The notes under the pieces: model-generated | What the model saw: only the letters and a program-made list of their open reading frames with translations | Database searches by the model: none | Told to the model about the DNA's origin: nothing | NCBI GenBank assembly: GCA_021613535.1 | Contig: CP075493.1 | Span: 10,230,001 to 10,294,000, forward strand | Length of the DNA: 64,000 bases | Direction: 5' to 3' | Source: Adineta vaga | Taxonomy: Eukaryota; Animalia; Rotifera | Made by a program: the position numbers and the translations under genes | In this document: positions 26,014 through 43,252 of the stretch, piece after piece | Layout: each line of letters starts with the position of its first letter | Position numbering within the stretch: the first letter of the stretch is position 1

Positions 26014-28080
26014 GATGAAATTTGATTAAAAATAATAAGATACATTTTGACGACATAGTTGCCGTCATTGATAAATGAAAAACATTCAATATATCATAGA
26101 AATCTGGATTATCAATACATAGATACGTATGGACGAATAAAATCTACAATGAAGACAATACCCTTCATGAATTGATTGATGTCGTAAAGAGTTTTGTGCT
26201 ACTAATCATCTCTACGTCTGTCTTTTCTTTCTAATGATATTCCTTGGATAGAATGTTTAGATATATTATACAAAGCATAGATAATTTGTACGATTGACTG
26301 TGTTTTATATAAACTAGAGGGAGAGAGCGAAAGAAGCTGGATGAAAATCACCTTAATGTGCTATCGACAGTCGTCAATATATGTTTCGCATTATATGAAT
26401 ATGGAAAGAAAAAGAAGGAGATGAAGTCTTTTCAAAGAATCATTTCTTTTTTTTTCGATAAGATAGGATTGTTGAAAAGAGATGCATCAGATGGAAGTTA
26501 TCATCTGTTTTTTTGACATTGAATTAAGATGAAATGTCGTCGATTGTCCTTAATCAAGACTACTGATTCTTATCAATAAGTAATTATAAAATATCAGTAA
26601 ATATCATGAAAAAAAGAAACTTTTCTGATACATAATTATCTCAAGATCGATGATTGATTAGTTGAAATATTTCGATAATGTATCATCAGACAGACAACCT
26701 ATTCTGTTCTTTTGTATACGTACTTACTGTCAGTTCTCACTTTGTTCATACATAAAATGATTGTGTATATTGTATACTGTCTATCATATCATATTTAGTT
26801 CAACTTTACTCGATATATTGAGTGATATGTATGTATATAGAGAACTTGACGTTATTGTTTTTCTTCTTCTTCTTCATCAAATGTTGTATGATTGGTTAAG
26901 TTAATATATATATATATATATATAATGTTCAGATGATATACTTACCTCAAGAGACAGACGAACACATGAGATATGAATTGTGTGATTTTTGTAAGTGACA
27001 CTAAAACGTTAGATTGTTATTTCAATACGATCGAGTTTTACATAACTCTTTTTAATGAAAAATTTGACTGGCTTTTTTTTGTTTAAAAAAAACATTGATC
27101 AATATGCATCATTGAGTACTTTGTTATTCATTGTGACATAGAAATCATTATCAAAAAAAAATATCTGATTGTTATAATGATCGAGTGTTGATATAAATAT
27201 CATGTTTAGTGTAACTAATGTATAGTGAGTCGATATTCTATGGTTGAATGAATGAAATACCCGCTAGTATACACGTATCGAAATCGATGTTTTGCTACTG
27301 GCTGAAAAATATTAGGAAAAAAGAGAATGAAATCATTCGAATAATCGCTTTGATCTTTTTCACGTCTGATAATCATACTTTTCATTCATTAGTAGACTAA
27401 ATCATATTCGATGAAGAATTGTTTTTCAATTCTAAACACAACACTTCTGTTAATGATATGATATGAAATCAATTTTTTTGTTTTGGAAAAAGAAGCAATA
27501 CGTAATGATTGAAAAAAGATTGAATATAGATCTTTAAAACGATTGTAAAAGGAAACTCTCTCATAGTGACATCTGATTAGACAACGCTCATTCGTCAACT
27601 TGAATACGATGGATCAGAATCATAAAAAAAAAGAATTTTATGTTCTGTGTTTTGCAACTAGAAACGAGAAAAGAAGGAGAAGAAAAAATCTAACTTTCAG
27701 TTTCTTGTTATTATCCTTGAATACCATGTGTTTACTTGACGATCGAGATATTTCTAATTTTTTTCTATTGTAACACGATTATTATCGCAGATCAAATGAT
27801 TCATTAGAAAGTCAATGTTCTAATCTTTATATTTATCCGTATCGATTAAATTAGTATATGACATTTCTTTTCATAATCTTTGTAGTAACGTATTACTAAG
27901 AATTCGATGAATTGAATAATATTTGTTTTTTTTCTACCTTCTTCTAAAAAGACACTTATAATGAAAATAAGCATTTTATTCATTTGATTATTTTTAAAGG
28001 TCATGAGAATATCTGTTGATATACAAGAAATTTTCCTTTGTCAACTACTGTTAATCTCACGTTAATATTTCTCGTTTTAG

Positions 28081-31000
28081 ATGGCACGCCATGATGATTC
28101 AGGCGGTGTTAGTGCATTAGTTCGGCACACAGCTGGCATGGCTGAATTAGCAATTAATGCAGGCCATCCTGATCGTAAACATAATGAATATTTACCATAT
28201 CCTGATAATAATTTCAATGATCCTGTTGACGAACGCTTTCAAAGAGGTTTGGTTGTTCTTTTTATTAAAAAAATTTGCATACTATGTGATTGTTTAGCGG
28301 ATAAATTTACTGTTGCACATGTATTTGATCGTAGTGGACGCACATTTGTTCCCAATGTACCTGTTCATGTTAAATCGATTGTTGCTGAACGTACCTACGC
28401 AGGTTTTACTGAATTTCTCAATCCATATTTGTTCGTATCAATAAATTCTACAAATCTCATTGATTATATGAAATATTTTTCGTTCTTAGATATTGTGTTA
28501 CCACAAAACATGGTCCATTTGAATGGACGATTTACAAACGTTATCGAAATTTTAATGATTTACATAAAGCTTTAGTTCAATTTGTTGAAGCTGAAACTAA
28601 ACACTCAATCAGTGATTTAGAAAAGTAAGTATTGACATAAGAAAATTGAACATAAGAAATACTGAAGAAGAATTGATTGAATAAATAATATATTTACTAA
28701 CTTAATTAATATAGATCAGCGAGGCGAAATGAACCTGTAAGATTTCTTTCGCAACGATCGTAAGTTTATCTGTTCTATTTTGTGTATAATAATTGTTGTA
28801 AAGAATCTGTTATTTATTGAATTCAAAGAAAAAATGTTCTTCTTCTTTTTAATTAGAGTGCAAGAAGAAGAAAATGAAAATCCATGTTTTCCGACACGAA
28901 ATGATCGAATGGCTTTTATTAATGATAGTATCGTTCGAGAACGTTGCGTACGTTTTATTTTTCCTAAGCAAGTGCATGACTCATATTTCCTTTTTTCTTT
29001 ATAGCAAATTCTTCTTGAATATTTAAATAAAATTCTTAAACATCCAAAATTTCGTAATCATCCTGCTACAGTAAGTTTATCGATTACTTTCTTTACTATC
29101 GTTTGATTATTCGATTTATTTGTAGCGTGAATTTTTCGATGTTAGTTGTGTTTCGTTTGTCTATGGTTTATCTAGCAGTATTAAAGAAGGTTATTTATTA
29201 AAACGTTCACATGATGATTATCGTGGACATAGTATTTTCTTTCGTTTACCATTCTTTTGTGATTTTTGTAAATTTCATCATGGTCGAAAGTATGTCTTTC
29301 AAAACTAAACATACCAAAATCTTCACTTGTTTTCTTTCATTTAGATGGTTTATTATTAAAGATTCGTATATAACTTATATGCGTCCAGACACTTATGAAG
29401 TGCGTTTTCCAATGTTAGTAGATCGTGCATTTGATATTCAGACGGGCTTTCGTCATGCTCGAACACCACATGGTATAAAAATTACTAATCTACAACGGTC
29501 ATTAGTTTTAAAATGTCGTAATAAACGAGATTGTGAAGAATGGACACAACATTTATTAAATTTAAAAGAACAAGCGAAAAGTTTTGTTAGTTCACAAGCA
29601 AGTCGTTTTAATTCATTTGCACCTATTCGACGAAAACAATTAGCTCATTGGTATTTTATTTAAGAAAATAATTTAGATGATGAAATTATTTCTTTTTTCT
29701 AGGTTTATCAATGGTAAATCATATATGGAATCTGTAGCTAAAGCGCTTCTAACAGCTAGAGAAGAAGTATTTATTACGGATTGGTGGTTATCACCAGAAA
29801 TCATGATGATGAGACCGACTGATGATGAATCATTTCGATTAGATAATTTATTGGGAAAAATAGCGGTAAGAGATTGATTTAAATGATGAGATTTGAATAT
29901 TCTGTATATGTTTCTTTTTAAGGATGATGGTATACGTGTTTATGTATTAGTTTTTAAAGAAATGTCATTTGCAATGGGTTTAAATAGTTTACATACGAAA
30001 CGAGCTTTGATCGGAAAGAGTAAAAAGGGATTTATTAAAGTAAGACGATATGAAATTCAAAAGAACATATTTGATACTTGGGTTTTTCAAGGTTATTCGT
30101 CATCCTGATCATTACCCAAGTGGTGGTGTTTTTCTCTGGTCTCATCATGAAAAACTAGTGATTATTGATCAGAAAATTGCATTCGTAGGCGGAATTGATT
30201 TATGTTTCGGTCGTTGGGATGATGATTTTATGCGGTAAATAAATTTCCTCTAGGAATAGAAGAGAAGAAAAACAAGCTTAAACTGATTCAATTATATAAC
30301 TAACATTCATGATTTAATGATCTAAGAGACCATATCACAATTAATTAAAATAAAGAGATTTTTAAATATGTTTTAGTCTTGTGGATTTGGGTGAAGAAAA
30401 TGAAACGAAATTAAAGATGCCAGCGGAAATTGAAGCTGATAAACAAGCAGCAGGTGGCAAAGAAACAGTTGAAGCAGCAGAAATGGTAACAACTGAAATG
30501 GCTGAAAATGCTGGTGAAAGTCCTGCAAAGGTAACGAGAAGAATTCCGAATCCGAGCAAGAATATTCAAAAGTATAGTCAGTATCTCGTAAGTGTAAAAG
30601 AGAAGAAGAAGAACTGAAACGATCTTAACTAACGAACTATTAAAACAAACCGAAACTTGCATCTTCAATTTACTTCTTTATTTGTATGAGACAAAAAAAA
30701 CGAGAGAGTGTGATGTATATTTAGGGTTCTGATCAAATGAGAACAACTGTAACTCCACCAAATAAAGGAAGTGACGATGTAAAACCAGGTGAACAAACAC
30801 ATGCAAGTGGATCTGGTCATCATATGAAAACTGCTGCGAAAAAATGTAATTAGTTTATTTTTCTATTTTTCTATTTTTACAATTTTTTCGTTTGCTTTTT
30901 TCTTCATAGGGATTGAATCTAAATTGTCAGGTAAGACTGAATCTTCTTTATCTCACTATATAAATACAAAAACAGGAGTGTTTCTTTCAAAACTAATCTC

Positions 31001-33742
31001 AAACTAAAATCTTGAGAAAACTATCTTATTTAGTTAATAGTCATTCGAATACTGTCTATCCCGAAGAAATTAATCGTAAGTTCAGTTAACAAATCAAATA
31101 AGATATTCGTTTGAACTAATAATATTTAGCAAACAAATGAATTTCATGGGATTTATTTTCTATACATGTGTGTGTGTTTGTGTTTGCACACTTAGCTTCA
31201 TATACTGATATGCTCTTCTTGTTCTTGAAAAACAATTGATCTTTTTCTTCTCCTCTAGGAAATGATAATGATGGAAATGAAAGTGATACTGAAAAGGGTA
31301 ATCTTCGCGTCTCTCGCAAACCACTAATGCGTACACTAACCAGTACTGATAATAAACTAACTAACAACTCTTATGAACAAGATTCTCAATCCCAACGAAT
31401 GTCCAATTGGCGTCATTCAAAAACGAATTTAAATCGTTTACGATCACTTGATTCATTCGAAGCCGGTCAGGATGATCATGCTGCTCATACTAATGCTGCT
31501 CTTCCTTCTAATCGATTTCGCTCGCAAAATGCTTTTAATAAATTTGTTCACCAGACCATAGATTTTGCACGACGTAGGTGATATTTTTTTTTGATTATTT
31601 TGATTTCATTAATCAATCGATTGTTGCTCACTAACAATGAAATAAAGAAAATGATTATTCATGTTTTTCTTCTCTCCTTCGATTACAGACGATCAAACAC
31701 AAAATGAACCAAAAGTGTTTGATGACGATGAAGGAGCTATTCGACGACAACAAAGATATGCTGGTAAATGGCGACGATTGGCAAAAGTAAATAATGCAAA
31801 ACAATCGAATATGTAATGAATCATTTCTTTGAATAGATCATAAGAAAAAGCAGCAGCGAAGAAGAAAATTCCGAAGATGAAGAAAAACCTGAAGAACCTC
31901 AATCTATCATTGGTCCATCACCTGTTATCGATACAAAACATCGCTATTTTATTGGAAAAGATTATTCAAATCCATATGAAAAAGATTTTGAAATTCTTGA
32001 AAAATATGCTGAAGGTAAGTAACAAGAATTTTTTATTACATAATATGAAATTATTTATCGGATTGATTTCTAATAGATTTTATTGATCGAAAAGCCGTTC
32101 CTCGAATGCCATGGCATGACGAACGAAGCACTTGTTGTATTTGGACAAGCTGCTCGTGATGTCGCCAGACATTTTATTCAACGATGGAATATTCATAAAG
32201 TATTTCTTAATGAAAATCAATTTCATGTGAAATTGTATCTTGATTTTCTTTTAGTGTGAAAAATTTCTTTATAATGATTCTTATCCATTCCTATTACCAA
32301 AGACTTATGATGATCCTGATGAATTACGAGTGACTAATTGGAAAGATTTTCTCGATGCTCCACCATGTAAAGTTGATGCTCAGTGTGTTCGATCAGTAGG
32401 GACATGGTCTATAGGTACAAGAACAATTGAATCATCGATACAAAATGCTTATATACAAATGATTGATGCAGCGAAATATTATATTTATATAGAAGTATAT
32501 TAATCTATTGATATTCACTTTAATTCTATGAACTGTTTTAGAATCAATTTTTTATTACCATAGCTGATGATGCCGTAGTTAAAAATCAATTGGCTGAAGC
32601 ACTTTTCCGTCGAGTATTACGAGCGCATGCGTTAGTACATTGAATTTCTTAATTTCAATAAATCGACTTTTTCTGTTTTAGTTCAAATGAAAAATTTCGT
32701 ATTTATATTGTTCTTCCTCTTTTACCTGGCTTTGATAATGTTAATGCAGTTCAAGCTGTACTCTATTTTATTATGCGTTCGATTACAAAAGGTGAACAAT
32801 CATTATTTAAACGATTGGAAAATGCTGGTAAATATATTTGACTATTTTGATCGATTCTGAATCTTTCTCGTTGGTCTTCAGGTGTACCACCAGATGATTA
32901 TATTAGTTTTTATGGTATGCGTGCTCATGATGTTCTAATGGGTGTTTTAGTAAGTGATGAAGAAGAAGAAGAAGAAGAAGGAATCGATGTTTTTATATTC
33001 GTCAATTTAGGTAACTGAAATCATCTACGTTCATTCGAAATTAATGATAATTGATGACCGCATGGCAATATGTGGTAGTGCTAACATTAATGATCGTTCG
33101 TTACTTGGTCAACGTGATAGTGAATTTGGTATTGTAATAAATGATCTTGAAGAAGAAGACGGTATGTTTAATGGAAAAAAGATACTTGTCGGCAAATTCT
33201 GTTCCAGTTGGAGAAAACAACTTTTTGCGTATGTATAAATTCAACCATGAAATTATTTACTTTTCTTCTTTTCGTAGAATGATGTTAGGTATTCAATTCG
33301 AAAATCCAAAAAATATCGATATTAATGATCCAACATCTGATGAATTCTATGATTATTTTCGTGGTGTAGCAAAAAAAAATACATTAATCTATGAAGAAGT
33401 TTTTGCTACATTACCGAGTGATCGTGTTCGACGATTTGATCAAGTTGGTCAATATACAGAAGTGCCAAAATTGAAAGATACTGATCCGATACAAGTTCGA
33501 TTTTGATTCTAATACTTTTTTGTTTTGTAAATAATCATTTTTTTTGTTCGTTTTCAGGCACAAGATAAATTAAAAGCCGTACAAGGTTTAGTCGTCGAAT
33601 ATCCATTGTATTTTCTTGATGATGAAAATTATTTACCAAGTCTTCGAACTCGTGAAGGTAACGTTTGATGCAACTGTTGGTTCGATTATCTAAGATGATT
33701 TTGTTTATTTTAGGTCTTGTTCCAAATGTTATGTGGACCTAA
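28081..33742 (+). CDS. PLD: Phospholipase D1/2 (PX-PH-HKD-HKD), many exons; apparent 4-nt duplication frameshift at 32121-32124
   Basis: [13 protein letters not shown]; HKD1 [28 protein letters not shown]; PRMPWHD; YIYIENQFF; HKD2 [22 protein letters not shown]; C-terminal VPNVMWT*. Confidence 0.93.
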
Positions 33743-33905
33743 TTTGTCTTTCTTATTTTTTCATTATAAAAGAATGAAGTAATATAATCGTATATATATA
33801 TATTTTTTTTCTTTTTCGGTGAGATAAATAATGAATTTGAGAAACAGAAAACTAAGTTATCTTGATTATTCTTCTTTTTACAAATCTGTGCTAGGTTGTG
33901 TTTAT

Positions 33906-34287
33906 TCAGTTCAATTTCCGTTTTCTGTGATTTTGTAATCTATTTTCGTTCCGTATATCAAACTTCATTTCATCGTTCTTTTCTTCTTCTTCTTTTTTTT
34001 TAATGTCGACTGCTCAAATCTTGTTGATGGTATGCTTGATTGTTACATAACTATATATATATATAAATATACAGACGAGGATATAAATAAATGTCTAAGC
34101 AATAATATGCTTTGTTTTGTAATTCAAAAAGCAAAGTAAAAAGACACAACAAAAAAGAAGAACACAGAAATGCTGTTTGGAATATCGTTTTAATCCTGTT
34201 TATTGGTATTCGTCGAAAGTTTTGGTCGAGTTACTGTTCGGAGCATTAAACGAACACGAATGACACCTAGAAAAGAAAAGAAAAGAA
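33906..34287. repeat. Direct repeat copy A (orphan last exon and 3' UTR of the AGPAT gene)
   Basis: Near-identical to 44364-44726; differs by a ~20-nt indel near 34069-34088 and a few substitutions. Confidence 0.95.
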
Positions 34288-34560
34288 GGGTGTGGGTGTT
34301 AGATAGATGTAATACTAACATCCTCAGACCAGAAGATCCTTGGATCCGTAGACCCGTGGACCCAAAGATATACATGAATGAATGAATGTATGTATGTATA
34401 TAATTATATAGGTAGAGAATTATGAAGACCCGAAGATATGAGCATATCAGAATTGATAAAGTAGGAAGGTATACATGTGTATATATACATAGGTAGAGAA
34501 TTATGAAGATCGGAAGACACGTAGACCCACAGTGTTCAAAAGTAATTTAGTTGAAAATAT
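34288..34560 (-). mobile_element. Candidate 3' terminus of an Athena/Terminon-type Penelope-like retroelement: telomeric seed, hammerhead half-core and short tandem repeats
   Basis: GGGTGTGGGTGT at 34288-34299; minus strand reads CUGAGGA-UGUUAG..CUAACA-CCCACACCC; two copies of ATAGGTAGAGAATTATGAAGA (~34408, ~34489); TGAA/TGTA microsatellites; inner boundary uncertain. Confidence 0.6.
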
Positions 34561-34925
34561 CCAATTGGCTAATACATTTTTCAGCATTAGTCGTGAATTA
34601 AGGTGACTCAATGAACATAGTACTTAAAATGTATCTGGCGATGGTTAAATGAAATGATTAGGATCGTGAAAAATGTTTTGAAGAATGGAGAGCAGCGCTA
34701 CCTAGACATGTAAGAATGGCTGTCATTCATTATATAAAAGCAATTTTTCTCTCGACCCGTATACCCACGGTTGTGTGAGAAAAGGATGTCCCTTGCGATT
34801 TTGAATTCAGAAAGAATTCAAAAAGACCATAGAGTCGGATATGTTCCCTCGTAAGTGAAAAAGTTTGTCTATGATAATATAGATTTATTCTTCGATTAAA
34901 AAAAAGAGAAAAAAATGAAATTAAA

Positions 34926-36201
34926 TCAAAGAACTTTCGCTAAAGCTAAAGCAGCTGAAACAATCGAACCAGCTGCAGTCATTAAATAAGCTGCTCTTTC
35001 ACAATTATTAACTCCAACGATTGATGAAGGACGAACCATAAAAGTAACTGTTGCAAGAAGACCATTACTCATTCCCATTAATGTTATTAAACCAAGAAGT
35101 AAGTAATTATCAGTTGAATGACGAAAAAATATAATTATAATAGATGCTGTTCTTAAAATAGAACAAATGAGACAAAAAGTTTTTCTGAAAAAAATCGATG
35201 AAGTTTAATAGCTATTGTTCGACCAATAAGATCTCCACTATTAAATGTGATAATAACAAATGGAGAACACCACCAATCTTTTCCAGTATCTCTAAACCAA
35301 CGAGTTTTTGTTACACCACATGGAATACCTGGCCATAATAATAAACTTATAAATAAAACATAAAATTGAACGAATAAATGAATTTTTAAAATTTTCGCTA
35401 ATCTACAAAATGAAAGTTCACCCTCAACAAGTTGTAATTGAACAATATTTTCATTTTGTTCACGTTGAAATGAAGCCATTGGTTGATTAACTCTTCCACT
35501 AATTGATGGAAGGTTAATTAAACGATAATAAACATAAATTGCAACAAAACATAAGAAAATTAAAACACCCATAAAGATATAAAATGATACTTGATCAACT
35601 TAACTTGAATCACTATGAGCAAGTAAAACAATTAACCGATTCAGCACGATTCGATTTTATTACAGTGTAATGTCGCCCACCGCTGGACGACATCGTGTTG
35701 AATGGGTTAAGCAAATAATTCTATTTGCACTAGCATTAAAAAATCCAGCTATACCCTAGATTGATGATTCAGTTAATGTATTCAATGCTCCAACAGCTGC
35801 AAACGCAAATATTAATAAATATTGATTTTTTTCTTGAGGTAACTAAGATTTCAATGATTATATAACCAATATAACCAGGTATAATACGTTTTGTAAATCC
35901 AAAATTATAAACACGTTAAACTAATTGAATTATACGAAGTAAAAACATAGCTGAACCAGCTGACACTGTTCCCCAAAATTCTGAATTAGCACGGGGAAAG
36001 ATATGGAGATAATAATTTTGTGCGGATATTAATGATTCATATCCCCATAAGACAACTTAAATTAAGAAAAAGAAGATAGCAATAGATTTTTCGATGATAT
36101 TTGATTAGATCAGCGTCGTCGTTTTGTACTACAGGAACCAATTCGACTATATTTATCTGTAAATTTTCTTTTCTATCATCTCTCATTATATCCATTTTCA
36201 T
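34926..36201 (-). pseudogene. Equilibrative nucleoside transporter (ENT/SLC29) pseudogene, apparently intronless
   Basis: LLWPG, ITFNSGDLIGR, LMGMSNGLLAT, ERAAYLM motifs; frameshift near 36043, stops, and a MITE insertion. Confidence 0.75.
35636..35706. mobile_element. 71-bp piggyBac-type MITE
   Basis: TTAA on both sides (35632-35635, 35707-35710); TIRs CCGATTCAGCACGAT / ATCGTGTTGAATGGG (13/15 complementary); excision restores ENT text ..NRIICLIVLLAH.. Confidence 0.8.
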
Positions 36202-36479
36202 ATCTAAAGAAGAAATGAATTTTTTCAGATGAACAAACTATCCTTCATACTTGCGAGGTAAATGATAAAGAAATATTAATATTCTGATGTGTTACAGAAA
36301 AAGAAATAATAATAATGAATCTCATATCTTATCTTTTGACCATCATTTTTATTGGAATTATACACATGACAAATAATTTCATTATTTTTTCGTTCTAAAC
36401 TAGGTCGAATCTTTGTTTTCTTTTCTCGATTCCGATGAAATTTCAGGATTTTTTTTCATGCGAAGAAAAACAAAGATAA

Positions 36480-37515
36480 AAATGCTGATATGAAACATTA
36501 TTGTTGTGGTGCAGTTAAAGTCCTTCTTTTGATAAACAATATTGATAGAGTTATTAAAATCTTCTTTATATTCCTTGAAATTTTATCCTATCTATTGACA
36601 GTTCATAATTTATACGATTTTATCGCCTTTTTAATTAGCTTTTCAAGTGTAATCGGATAAAATTGAAAAATTTTCACGGATGATACACAGATCCTGAACT
36701 TCATATTTAAAAAAATGACCTCCTTATTCTGTTTTAATGGTCAAATTATTAAGTCATATATCACTAATGCGTTCCAATAAATTTCATGCAAAAAGATGCA
36801 AACAATAATTATTTCTGATCAAAGTTTATTAAAGACAAGAGTAACATCGTTAAAGAAATCTATGAAAAAAGACAAAATTGAACTATTTGAATAGAGTTCA
36901 AGTTGATTTTCAACACTCAAGTAGTTCATATTGTCTTCTTCTTCCTACAGATAAAAACAAAAATGTATGTTCATCTTCTCAAACTTCTGATCATTTTCGT
37001 TGCTCTTGTTGTCGACGTTCTAAATGGAACAAAATGCTAATATACGATACAGTGCAGTTCTTGGCTTACCTGTTAACAAGCCTTGTAATTGTCCATAGTT
37101 TAACATCCGCTCCTGGCACTAGAATACAACAAATCGATCAGCATTTTTATTATCCTATTTTCAGTGTATTGAATTTATTTTCATCAATTATTGTACGAAC
37201 CTTATTCATGAAATGCAGATTGATATTGTACACTGTAACAGCAGTAGAATCTGGCTTTTGGACTTCTGCCACCATTGCCGATGATAAATCATTCAATTCC
37301 TTGTCAAGAGTATCAATCTGTTGGACCAAAAGTTCTATCTAAACATGAAAACAAAAACTAGAATCATGAGACAAATAATGGAGATATATCATGCAGTAAA
37401 ACAGAAAAATTCAAAAACAATTCTCAATATCAACTGGCATTTGTCTTTCCATATTCATGGAGATTCTTACTGGATCAATGGCCATTATTTTTATGATGGT
37501 GGAATGAGAATATGA
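36480..37515 (+). pseudogene. Decayed multi-pass membrane protein gene of unknown family
   Basis: Consecutive hydrophobic protein-like frames (HYCCGAVKVLLLI.., 36878-37342, 37321-37515) broken by stops and frameshifts. Confidence 0.35.
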
Positions 37516-38480
37516 TATTCATGCACATTTGTACAGATTTATATATATATATATCATCCCGTCATCAGATTAGTCGGAAACAAAACAGCAACGTTGAACA
37601 AGAAATAATGATAGAAAAGAAAGAAAGAAAAAAGAAAAGATAAACATCATGCGGACGAGCATTGTTAAGGTCATGCACAAAAAAGTTAGTCGAGTAGAAT
37701 TAAAAAAAAGTCGAATACCCTGTCCTGTCTAGAGACGAACAAAAATGATATAACAATCACAATACTCAATATATATTCATTTCGAGATACTTTACGTACA
37801 TTGTTTTTGGTTGCGATGCTGCGATATTGGACATTTTTTAATGTGATCAAGAAGTTTTTGATTGCAATCTACAAAATAGTACACTTTTAAACATCGATCG
37901 ATGCAAATGAAAAAGACAGAAATTAAGAAACAATTTCACATAATTTAACTTACAAAACATTTTAGATTACAATACCTTCAAAGAATTTTACACGAAACTT
38001 TCCCTACTGTGTGTGAAATCTCAAATAGTTTTACGCGAAACTTTTTTGAAAGTTTCGTGATTTTTGTAATACTCAAAAAGTATACTAACGTTCTTTCGTA
38101 TGTTATGATGCCTATTTTCAATCCAATATAGTATAATCGTATAAGTTGATATATAGTAGTAAATCGTTTACACGATGTCTTTGTTATTATCTCGTCGCGC
38201 CATTCGTTTTTATGGAAGTTCAGTGTTGGGTGAAGAAAAATTCCGAATAGATATCGCTTCACTTTGATTTAATCAAAATAAATTAGAAAAACGAAAATAA
38301 AAAATTTCAAATAAAAAAAATAAATAAAAGCAGAAAAAAATATTTTTTTCTGAAAAGAATAAAATGTTGAGGGTCAGTATCAGTAGTTACGATTTTATGT
38401 AATAATAATCTGTCTATGGAAGTAAAATAACTGATGATCTGAAATAATAAGTCGAGGATTAAAACAGAAAATCAAAAGAA

Positions 38481-41970
<3,490 letters not shown>

Positions 41971-41977
41971 GCATAGC

Positions 41978-42174
41978 TGTCATAATGTCATTATACTCGG
42001 TATTCAGAGCTGAGCGTCTCGATACCCAATAGGATAGCCAAATATACTTGGTGAAACGATCTCCTTACCGGATAACCAAACTATATCCTTCAGAACCTGA
42101 GGAATTTGAGTAGATTTGGTCAGACGATCTCGTTATCCGATAGTCAAACTATTTACTGTAAACGCTTTATGATA
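41978..42174. mobile_element. Candidate solo LTR or small insertion
   Basis: Starts TGTCATAA, ends TTATGATA (one mismatch from perfect inverted TTATGACA); flanks ATAGC / ATAGT resemble a 5-bp TSD; internal ~30-bp imperfect repeat. Confidence 0.35.
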
Positions 42175-43252
42175 ATAGTTGATTCGATACATGCAGTCAT
42201 TCTATGCCGCATTTCTCATTATTTTATTTAGGAAAAAAAACATTTGATGTTACTATTAATGAGAAAATTTGTTAATATAAAAAAATCAATCAAATATATT
42301 CAGTAAGAGTGACACGTTTAAGTGGTATTGTATTAATCTATCTATAATACTGTATTGATCTTTTCATATACATCATCAAAGAGTGACATGCTGTATAAGC
42401 CTCGCAAATATTGTTTTAAGTTCAAGTCATACTCAACTTTGTTCAGTACATGATCGAAGACCATCACTAATTATTGGTGAATCTATTTTATTTCCATTAA
42501 TCTCATTTAAAAATCTTTCGAAAGAAGGTTGTTTTGAATCAATTAATCCGAGATGATATGATGGATTTCTATCTATTGCACTGAACGTAATAAGAGTTCC
42601 ATCACCTTTATTCAAAAGAAATCTAACTTATCGTTATTGATCATCGTTACTTAGTATTTTTTTAATATCAACAACAAATGGAACAGAAATAGTTATTTGT
42701 GAAAAAAACACACATTTGATATAGAAGTACAAAAGAGATTTTAACATTTTCTGGTTTTATTGATTATTTAGAATCTTAATGAAAAATACTTTTCTAAAAT
42801 ATATTTTAAAAAATCCTTGTATGATTATTTTGTTTAGACCTATTCATAAAACGAAATGATCGAAAATGGTTTTTTGATTCGATTTGTGTCCAATGAATAA
42901 CTGTATTCGTCAGATTCGTTCATTCTTTAAACCATTTAACTAACTGAAAGCAGAGGTGTGAATGAGCGTCTCTTTCTTTTACTCTCACACCCGCACTCAC
43001 AATTTTTTATCGAACTGCTGAGTGTATCATATCAGTAGAATATTGACTGGTGCTTTTTGTTCTTCAGTGAAAACTGCATTTTTTTGCCGAGAATAGGACT
43101 AAGTATATTAGACAGTATAAGAGCAATATTGATTTTCTATTTAATTCAAGATTATAACGTGTGCTTTCTAACCTTCGAAGAAAAATATATTCTCAAACAC
43201 CATCTATATATAAGGAAATAGAAAAACAGGTACCATCACAACACTATATTTT

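Noticed and set aside
34340-34530. Spaced short repeats as a CRISPR-like array
   Set aside because: Only two copies, eukaryotic context, no cas genes
38431-38460. CTGATGA-TCT-GAAA as a minimal hammerhead
   Set aside because: No stem II and no matching stems I or III
42433-42700. Protein-like minus-strand fragment inside the pseudogene block
   Set aside because: Possibly another relic, but too short to assign
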